A model generated the notes under the pieces. The model had not been told where the DNA came from. It saw only the letters and a program-made list of their open reading frames with translations, and ran no database searches. The position numbers and the translations under genes are program-made. This document shows, in pieces, positions 23,301-32,352 of a DNA stretch of 64,000 nt; position 1 is the stretch's first letter, and each line of letters starts with the position of its first letter. The stretch spans positions 1-64,000 of the forward strand of contig CAUYUJ010000103.1 in assembly GCA_963575745.1 (NCBI GenBank), given 5' to 3'. This stretch comes from Prorocentrum cordatum (lineage: Eukaryota).

Positions 23301-26300
23301 GACTTGCAGGTGGAAGGCTGCTGAGGAGGAGGGGGTGGAGTTGGGCGCAGGAGGAGGGAGAAGGAGCGAGGAGGGGGATTTGTTCGGAGAGGATCACCGA
23401 AACTCGTTCCCTGCCCCCCCTGGCGGCGGAATGCGCAACAGCGCTCCATACGGCTCAATGGAGCTTGTTCGTCGCCAGCTTCTTCGCCGACGCGACGGCT
23501 GTGCCTGGCGCGCGCTCCGTCCATTCCCTATCCCTATCCCAGGCAGCAGCCGCGCACAGCAGCATCGGCACGGCGTTTGGAAGGATGATGACCCCATGCC
23601 AATGTTAGAGCTTGTATCGCATAAAGCACAACTCTTTTATGACGAATTCCATTATCTTCTAGTCCGTGATCCCTGGGATGATTTGATGAATGGTGGGGTG
23701 ATGGTTTCTCTTGAGCCTGGTGAGCCGTTCGAGACGTTCGTGGAACTAGCTGCCTGCTGCGTCTTAGAGATGTGGGCAGACTTCTATTGTCGAGTATACG
23801 AGCCATGCCAGAGGTATCCCAGGAGAATGATGCTTCTCGTGAAGGAAAGCCCATTGGTTGAGGATGTCACGCGCAAGCAAGTAGCGAGAGAGATGGTTGG
23901 CCCTGGGAGATCTAGGAGTCTCGACCCTGCTTCGGAGAAGGTTTCAATCTTATTCAAATCGCAATTGGAACGAGCACGGGATACGGGCGTTTTGGATCAA
24001 GGATTATGGGACTGTCTTCGGGAAGTCGCACACATGTGGCTGGTTGACACGCAAGACATCGAAGGATGTAACTCCATTCTGCGGCGCGGTGAGGGGGTCC
24101 GGGAACGCATGGAGGGGGGCCAGTGGTTGGGGCGGGGGCTTCTTCGGCTTGTTGCTTGTTGGGGGCGTTCCGATGGCTTCTTAAAGAAACCTGAGCATCA
24201 AAGAAGCGACCTGCAATATTACCGACCCCCCTCAGCCCCTATTCTCCCTCCCACCCCCAACCCCCTCGCAGCGCCGCAGACTCTTAATAAAGAGCGTGTC
24301 CAAACTGGCGCCGAATATTGGCTGGCCGCTCCTGTCCTCGCGAATCACAATCAAACGGCGGGGACTTCAGAATCTGAATCGAGATGACCGGGACGATCTT
24401 GTGAGCGCATGTGTGCATTATCATAAGGCTGCAAATGATATGATCAATGCCGAGAACGATGCCGATAGCAACGAATACAACAGATGGGCTTTTGCCAGCG
24501 TGGATGAGGTGCCCCCGCCCAAGGTCCCCCCCGAGAACCCACCGCTTCCTGCGTGTGCTTGCTCTGCCCGTGTCCTTGCAACTTTGAATAGGATCATCCA
24601 TCAGACGTTGTCACCGGCAGATGACGAAGATGATGGTGAGCCTGGAACTCGTCGCCCCAGGAAAAATTTCAACACTGAGATGGGGAAGGTTGTTCTTTGC
24701 ATCGAGTCCTGCAATGCAGCTGCGAGATATTTCGTGCCGTGTAGATATTATCGCAAGGTTCAATGGTTTTCCGAAGCCCGCTTTGTTGATTCTGTTGATG
24801 AGAGTTGCTTATTGGGGGAGATCGATCTCGACGCTGGGCGCCCCTTCCAGCCTCGGAAGGCCTTGGGCGTCATTACTGCAGCCCATTCCTCTGCCGTCAA
24901 CGAAGGGCCCGCAGGTGACTTCCAGTGCAGTCTCTGGTCATTATCTTGGGATCGCAGAAGTATTCGCTATGCTAGACTGGTCGGTGCTGTGGCTGAGCCT
25001 ATCAATATGATTGATTTGTGTTCGTGTCATGGCCGCCGGCGGCGCGGCGGAGGCGGCGGCGGCGGCAAGGGCGGCGGCGGCGGCACGGGTGGCGGCGGCT
25101 CCAGAAGAGGAGGCGGTGGAGAAGGAGACCCTGAACCACGCGAGGAGGCAGAGGGGGAGGCCGAGGAGGCAGAGGAGGAAGAAGAGGAGGAAGACCCTGA
25201 AGCCGCCGCCATCATGCGCGCATGGGGGGCCGCTGAAGCAGACTCGGACTGCCTCGAGTCAGATGATGGAGGTGACGAAGGCGATGACGACGGCTGTGGA
25301 TGGGGATCGCGACGAGGATATGTCCAGGGCTTTCGCTTGGGGGTCTGGAGACGGGCTGCGCTCGATTGAGGATATCATTAATGGCGCCATTGATGATGAG
25401 GAGGCAGTGACCGCCATGCTCAGTGCAAAGCTTGTGAGTGAACTTGGCGACGCTGGAGAGGCTGCTGATGACGGCTGCACTTCAGAGGCGCCACGGGCGG
25501 CTTCGTGGAGGGGGGCGGAGGGAGGAGGAGGAGGAGGGGGAGGGGGATGAGGAGGAGGAGGAGGAGGAGGAGGAGGAAGAGGAGGAGGAGGGGGAGGTGG
25601 AGAAGGAGGAGGAGGAGGTCTTAGAGTCCGGGGCCTTCCCAGAAACCGTCGGCAGGCCCCGAGAGAGAGAGAGAGAGAGAGAGAGCACCAATATAGATGG
25701 CCTGTTATGGGGCCCGAGCACATCCCAGGAGAAGGGCCCGGGGCCCACGCAAGGTCCAAAACGCACTTCCGCGCGTCAGGCTGAAGGAGGCGGCGTCGGC
25801 CGAGGTGGCAGAGGCCGTGGCCGAGGGGGCGGCCGAGGGCGCCATGCTGTGGCCGCTGGAGGCCCCCCGGAGCCACCGCCCGCGGGCCCTGGCGGCTCGC
25901 CCGACGGAGGCGACGAGGATGTTCGTCACGATCAGGCCCCTCTCTCCTCATCCTCTCATCCTCTCCTTCCTATTCCCTCGCCTTCCCGACCTTCCTTCGC
26001 CCCTCGCTCCAGGACTGGATCCGAGGGATTGAAAGCTTGATCTTGGCCCTGGCGTGGTTTGATAACGCGGACGTTCAGACCGCTTGCGACCACTACATAT
26101 CGTTAGCAGTCGAGCGTCTTGAGGACGACGGCTGCGTGAGCCACATTCCTCGGTGGATATATAACGACAGCGTGGACATGCAGCAAGGTCGTTTTGTGCA
26201 CGTGAGTGGCGGTGACCACAAGATGTCGGCGGCGCCCCGTTGGCGGGAAAGGGGGCAATTGCAGCAGCCCCCATCGGGGCGCTCCTGAGAAGTATCCGTC

Positions 26301-26819
26301 CAATCACTGCCCCCCTCCCCACCCGCATGCCACCGCAGCCCCCCCCCCATCTTCGGCGCGCCGCCGAATATTGGCTACGCGCGCCCGCCGCCCCCAGATA
26401 GGCTTTGGGAGCTCTCGCTTGCTGCTGATATTGAGTCGGGAAAGCTGCAGGTTGTAATCCCGAACTCAGGTGAAAAGATGTACAGGCCTTTCCACCTTCG
26501 AGGGAATATGACTTTGAACGCAGTTCGCTTCTCTCGCACAATCGGTTGTGGCAATGATCCGTCAATCCCGTGCTGCGCTTGCGGCGTTGCTGATGCCGAG
26601 TGCTGCCCTTTGTGTTTGAGGCATTTGCACGCTTGGTGCCAGCACGACGACCCTTTGCGAGTGCTGTTGGTGAGCATCGATGTCCTGAAAGAGGCTGTCG
26701 GTGATAACCTTGCGCAGTTTCACTCACATTCGGAATTGATTGCAAAGCTCGTGGAGTGGTCTGGTGCGGCCAGGTCTCTGTGCTCACTATGTAACGAAGC
26801 AATGAAGACTGAATTCTGA
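20321..26819 (+). CDS. Multi-exon hAT-superfamily-like DDE transposase with an acidic linker and C-terminal Cys-rich (zinc-finger-like) domain. One apparent frameshift near 25290
   Basis: Motifs in hAT order: EIHCIRGDGTN (D1, 21944), IMCADQGPD (D2, ~22622), WCLRH (CxxH, 22709), RWGS (22916), DTQDIEGCNS (E, 24061). C-terminus CCACG...CPLC..H.H..C...CSLC. Approximate exons: 20321-20543, 20760-20859, 21001-21076, 21219-21464, ~21630-21976, 22328-23204, 23543-24083, 24295-25487, 25780-25935, 26014-26201, 26452-26819. Donors are mostly GC/GA. Confidence 0.8.
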
Positions 26820-27426
26820 AGTCGTCGAAAACTTGGGAGTGATCGGAGGCTCGGAACGCCGTCCGAGATTTTCTTATTCTCTTCTTCCATCAAGTCTTGA
26901 CTTCACATCCCTTCCCATCGTGCCGCCCATCTCGGCCCCACCCTCCTGGTCATGCAGCTCGCCCTCCTATCTTGCCTCCCCTGCGTCCCCCCTCCTCGCC
27001 CCGCCATCTCGATTGCTTCCCTGGCTGCCCCTCCCCTCCCCCGCGCCGCGCCGCCTGACACCGCGGCCGCCGTGACCAACAGAGGCTTCCAAGTGGTCGT
27101 CCCGCCTGCCGGGGGCGAGGGGGGGGCACGGGGGGAAGGGAGGTTGAGGGACGAGGAGCGACTTACCCCCTCAAGCTGAATAGCCTAGAAAGCCAAAGCA
27201 GCAGCCCTCGACCGACGACGAACGAAAAGAGAGCGGCGCAACGCAAAGCAAGCAGGACGGATGGTTAAGTTAAGAGGTTGTGGGAGGAGGAAGAGGGGGA
27301 GAGTGGTGCGTTGTTCAATTCTACGAAGCTTGATCATGTATCATGGAACCCAAGTCATTTAGTGGCTCTCTGTCCCTCTGTTTAGCTCGACCACCCTCGG
27401 AAGCCCCAGTGCTCTCATCGGCCGCC

Positions 27427-27813
27427 ATGGCCGAGGTCGATCCCGCGCCTCAGCGCCTTCGCTCTCGCTCGCCGCATCCATATAGATTCAGAAACATCGG
27501 CGGTCAGCTCGTCCGCTACATCGACGACTTGGATCTGGATGACATGCCTGACATGCCTTCGGTTGCACTGTGGTCACGCAATCTGGCAAATTTCCCAGAC
27601 GCACGCTTCGTGGATATCACGCACCGCTTGCGCTCATACAGAAACGTGATGTTCTGCATCAAGTGTGGTGCGTGGAGTCCCGAACCTGGTAGGCTGGAAC
27701 ATCTGCTGGTGACTCCTTGCCGCGGGGACCCAACTGATCACGGCGCTTGGGTGCTTCGCGCGCTCCGTAGGGGGCAGTATCCGCGGAGGGGTAATCGCGG
27801 ATCTTTTCGCTAG
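27427..27813 (+). CDS. Small intronless protein (128 aa) with an H...CxxCGxW...C zinc-knuckle like the C-terminus of LINE ORF2
   Basis: GCCGCCATGG start context and uninterrupted frame. The motif THRLRSYRNVMFCIKCGAWS...LLVTPCRG parallels HRC...FLCIRCGCWA in the LINE at ~52040-52100. AATAAA lies at ~27826. Confidence 0.6.
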   Translation: MAEVDPAPQRLRSRSPHPYRFRNIGGQLVRYIDDLDLDDMPDMPSVALWSRNLANFPDARFVDITHRLRSYRNVMFCIKCGAWSPEPGRLEHLLVTPCRGDPTDHGAWVLRALRRGQYPRRGNRGSFR

Positions 27814-28819
27814 ATCAACCGCTGCAATAAAAGTTGGTATCGCTTCGCCTGCCATGGCAGTCGCAGTTGCCATGAGATTTGCGTATTCAATGTAGGTTTT
27901 GTGGCGCTTCCAACATCAATGAATATGTGTATGTGTATGTGCAGTATTGACAGTTGGAGCATGTAGGAAGTCCAATGCTAGTCAGCTGCTTGTGGGCAGT
28001 GCAGCTGAGACTGGGCTAAAACGTCGGAGATGAAGGGATCAACTGCAAAGCATTTCGTCAGTCGGTGGAGCGCGGGTGCGTGCCCCCTCCGCATCTCCCG
28101 TTCCTCCTCCTCCTCCTCATCCTCCTCGTCCCTTCCGTCGTCCTCATCTCCTTGTCCATCGCTTCTTCTCGGCACCTCGCCATCTTGAGAGCGGTGCAGA
28201 GAGGAATAGCAGGAAGTGGAAAAGTGGCAGCAGTAGCAGCAGAAGCTGAAGCAGAAGCAGGAGCACGAGAGTGAAGAGGAGGAGGATGAGGAGGAGAAGG
28301 TGGGGGGTGAGGAGGTGAGCGAGGTGGTTAATGAATGATACAAATCTGTACTGATGGCTTCTGTTAGCGAATGAGTTTTTCTCAAGAACCTGGGGTTTCT
28401 CGGAGAGGCCGTCTCTCTGGACTGCGTGCGGAGAGCGTAGAAACTGTTTCTTTGTTCGAATGGAAACACGCATCACTAATATGATTGTATGCTAGGTGAG
28501 GGACGCCAAGAAAGATGCAACTCCAGAAACAATGCCAGCTGGTCGCGCCTTCGCGCGCTCGGCGCAGAAGACGCGAGCGCATGCAGGGCGCGGTCGGCAT
28601 CGGCGTCCACGCGAAGGTGCTCCTCTGCTCAGGGCGAGGAATAATATCAACAGAAAACATGCGAGAGAGAGGAATAACATTATGAATAAAGAAAATGATG
28701 ATGATGATATCTAGCAAAGAATAGCTGTTTCCACTGGAGATGACTTGAGCCCCTTACATCTCAATGCGTGTGGAGCGAGACGGCATGCCATCACTTGTGT
28801 TGATGGGAACCCTGACCTC

Positions 28820-29830
28820 ATCATGCGTGTGGAGGGAGTCCCAACGCACATATGTGTGTGGAGCGGGTCCACGCACTACCATGTGTGTGGAGGGGGTCCC
28901 AACGCAGCCATGTGTGTGGAGGGGGTCCCCACGCGCTCTATGTGTGTGGAGGGGGTCACCACAACCCTATGTGTGTGGAGGGTCTCCCAACGCTCTCATA
29001 TGTGTGGAGGGGGTCCCCGCAGCCTCACGTGTGTGGAGGGGGTCCACACACTCCACATGTGTGTGGAAGGGGGTCCACACGCACACTATGTGTGTGGAGG
29101 GGGTCCCCACACCCTCATGTGTGTGGAGGGGGTCCCCACGCATACTATGTGTGTGGAGGGGATCCCCACACCCCCATGTGTGTGGAGGGGATCCCCACAC
29201 TCTGCATGTGTGTGGAGGGGGTCCCCACACTCCCCATGTGTGTGGAGGGGGTCCCCACAACCCTCTGTGTGTGGAGGGGGTCCCCACGCCCTCATGTGTG
29301 TGGAGGGGGTCCCCACTCACCCCATGTGTGTGGAGGGGGTCCCCACACACTCATGTGTGTGGAGAGGGTCCCCACACCCTCATGTGTGTGGAGGGGGTCC
29401 CCACTCACCCCATGTGTGTGGAGGGGATCCCCACGCCCTCATGTGTGTGGAGGGTGTCCCCACTCACCCCACGTGTGTGGAGGGGGTCCCCACGTCCTCA
29501 TGTGTGTGGAGGGGATCCCCACACCCTCATCTGCATGGAGTGGGTCCCCACATCCTCATATGTGTGGAGGGGGTCCCCATGTCCTCATGTGTATGGAGGG
29601 GGTCTATGCACTCCCCATGCGTGTGGAGGGGATCCACACACCCCGGCGCACGTGGAAGGGGTCTCCACACACCACCACGTGTGTGGAGGGGGTCCCAACA
29701 TCACTCATGTGTGTAGAGGGATTGCTCATGTGTGTGGAGGGTGTCCCAACGCTATCATATGTGTGGAGGTGGTCCCAACGCTCTCGGGCGCGTGGAGGGG
29801 GTCCACGCGATCACATGCGCGTGGGCATGA
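28820..29830. repeat. 29-30-bp minisatellite, ~33 copies, core atgtgtgtggagggggtcccca with dyad symmetry
   Basis: Seen directly. TGTGTGG...CCACACA arms occur within many units, with a variable 7-9-nt segment between cores and decay at both array ends. Confidence 0.97.
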
Positions 29831-30041
29831 TCCCGACATCATCCACTGTGTCTCACATGTATTGGAATAGATCCCTTCACAAACGGTATGCTGAGGAACG
29901 TCACACACTCCTCATCTGTTGGTGCTGTGTAGAGAATGGTTTTTGTCAGTAGTCATTTGTCCACAGCCATTTCAGCATAATGCTTAGCAGGTACAACAGT
30001 ATATCACCAACGCCTGCTGATTGAGTTGCGCATCATTCACG

Positions 30042-31721
30042 ATGAGCCTATCTCGGCCGCTGTGCTTCAAGCCTGGTGTTGATAACGTTGCTGATCTGGA
30101 TAGTGCATTCAGATGGTTCCAACAGGGTGTCGCTAAAATCAACGCAGATAGGTATGACATTGCACGCTTGCTGTCTGGACGCAGGCTTGATACCTCTGGA
30201 GCGTTCTTCGGCGTAGGAGCAGCAGAAATTGGTGACCGAATCATTGAATCATGTAGCCGCAACTTCTGTGAGAACACCTCTGGTTTCTCGACGCCACCAG
30301 TGCGCTTCGTTTCTAAATGGGCCATTGAGAAGAGTAGCACGTGCAGGGCAGAGATCATGCATGGCAGCCTTGCTGAACACATATTCGGTGACATTACAGA
30401 CTTCCTGCCAGCCGTGTGGAAGAGCCGATGTGGGCTGCATTCAGCAGCTGACAAGTGGTCACCTGCGCAACTGAGAGCTGAGCTACCATGCGCGAAGCTG
30501 CTGCTTCGGGCCAAGTGCTTCAAATGCAATGGAAGCTATTGCGCGCTCTCGCGCACGCATATTCACCGGGCTGGATCTCCCTGCGTCCTTCACAGCAGGT
30601 TTGGTAACCAACTCAGAGAATTTGGGAACAGTCATTTCTTATTCTACACATGGGTTGCACTTACGAGACAGCTACTTCATACGGTTGTTCTTCACGAGAA
30701 CGTGCCCGAGTTCGGAGACGAAGAACTCACCACCTTGTTCGGAGACTTATATTACGTCTTCAGAATTGAATTGACACCTGCGCAATTCGGCTGGCCAAGC
30801 CAGCGGTCTAGGCAATTCGTCATTATGATCCTGAAAGATTACATTGGTGCTGGCGCGGTGGTTCCTGAACGTGCTTCTGAGGAGATGAATGACGTCCTCG
30901 ACATGGAGCATACCTTGAAGGGCATGTTTTTTCGTTCGCGTTCGCCGCTGTTCACGTGGTCGAACTACCTGATAGCCACGGACGAAGAGGTCGAGCGCGA
31001 GACGAGATGGGCCAAGAATCGTGAGTCTGTCTTGTCACGCTGGACACCAGAGGACGGAGTGTTTCCTAAGAGCCCCGTGGACAAGGATTTCCCATCCGAT
31101 GTTTACGGCGTCGGCCTCGGGTGCCCCAGCAAAGAAGAGAGGACAGTTTATGAGTCATACCGAAAGAAGTGGCCTCGCAGCGCTTGCAACGTGAGTCAGA
31201 ACCCCATGGCAATGGGTGGAAGTAAATCATTGGCTGACGGGTCGCTGCAGACCTTGTGCAAAAGCGGCGGACTTGTCGTACTCCCAGCCCCGCCCTACAA
31301 TCCTCTTGGAAACACTAGCCCCAGGTGGATGCTTCCAGAGGAGTTATTTACTAGCATGGGGTTCCCAATCTCTTTCGAGGCGCAGCGTGCTTGCTGCGGT
31401 GCAGTTTGTTCTTTCTCTCGCGGGCAGCAAGCTCCCTCTGTCCGAAGCCCTGCATGCCAACGCTCGCAGGTGGGAAATAGCATCCACGTCAACATGATTG
31501 GCGCAATTTCAACAGTAATTGTTCTGAGAATGCAGAATCTAGGTGAGCGTCTGCAAGCGCCAGCAGCTCAGACTGGTGTCTCGTCCACCCCGGACTCCGC
31601 TCCTCCCTCCTCTGCAGCGGCAGACAGGTTTCGGCGTATTTTGACTCGAGTAAATTCGGGGTCGACGTCCCCTTCGACGGGGCCCCAGAAGAGGCGCCGC
31701 GTGCGTGGGAAGACGCACTAG
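30042..31721 (+). CDS. Intronless DNA (cytosine-5)-methyltransferase, ~559 aa
   Basis: C5-MTase motifs in canonical order: I-like SGAFFGVG (~30195-30218), II AIEK, III IFGDI, IV AGSPC (Cys at 30582), VI HENV (30693), VIII FGWPSQRSR (~30790-30812), IX RWMLPEELFTSMGFP, X QVGNSI (31473). No stops. Confidence 0.9.
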   Translation: MSLSRPLCFKPGVDNVADLDSAFRWFQQGVAKINADRYDIARLLSGRRLDTSGAFFGVGAAEIGDRIIESCSRNFCENTSGFSTPPVRFVSKWAIEKSSTCRAEIMHGSLAEHIFGDITDFLPAVWKSRCGLHSAADKWSPAQLRAELPCAKLLLRAKCFKCNGSYCALSRTHIHRAGSPCVLHSRFGNQLREFGNSHFLFYTWVALTRQLLHTVVLHENVPEFGDEELTTLFGDLYYVFRIELTPAQFGWPSQRSRQFVIMILKDYIGAGAVVPERASEEMNDVLDMEHTLKGMFFRSRSPLFTWSNYLIATDEEVERETRWAKNRESVLSRWTPEDGVFPKSPVDKDFPSDVYGVGLGCPSKEERTVYESYRKKWPRSACNVSQNPMAMGGSKSLADGSLQTLCKSGGLVVLPAPPYNPLGNTSPRWMLPEELFTSMGFPISFEAQRACCGAVCSFSRGQQAPSVRSPACQRSQVGNSIHVNMIGAISTVIVLRMQNLGERLQAPAAQTGVSSTPDSAPPSSAAADRFRRILTRVNSGSTSPSTGPQKRRRVRGKTH

Positions 31722-32352
31722 TGGCGAGTAGTTTGCTTATTCGCACGCACAGGCGAATCGCTACGGCAATGCACGCACGCTCGAGCACTGGCACTGTGAT
31801 ATCATGATGGAATAGGAGAATGATGGAGGAAGCGAGGGATAGGACGAGCCAGATGGGAGGGGGAGGGAGGGCCGACGCCACAGTCTTCGTCGCCACCATA
31901 CAATGCCGCTCTCTTTCGTCTCTGGTTCCACAGGCCAACGCCCCGGGGGACTTCCAGAACTCTCTGAAATCTCTTGGGCGTCTTCTGGGCGAGCGGCCCA
32001 AAGTCGGGGGCTCTAGGCGCCCGCGGCGCGTTGCAACTGGGTAAATCACACCACGGTCGTAACCATCATTGTCACAGAGCAGGAGGCCCAACCGCCCTCC
32101 TTGGTCGCCTCGCTGGACTAAGCTCGGAAATCTGCGCGACGTTCTTGCCCTGGCCTCTAAGGGGGCCTCTGGCGCGTCGCAACTGAGATCCAACCGTCCT
32201 CTGGCCCCTGCCTCCTGCCATCGATGCCGCGGTCGCAGCCGCTTCCCAAACTTTGGGATCAAAGCTTTGAGGCTCAAGCTCTGGTCGCTCGCCGACCGTC
32301 CAAGACTGCCCAAGAAGACTCCCTGCCACCGCGCATCTTGTCGCCGAGCGCC

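Noticed and set aside
28820..29830. CRISPR-like array
   Set aside because: The variable segments are only 7-9 nt and related to each other, there are no cas genes, and the context is eukaryotic. It is a minisatellite.
28745..29952. Three long Cys/His-rich ORFs (323-368 aa)
   Set aside because: They are translations of the minisatellite, open in all three frames.
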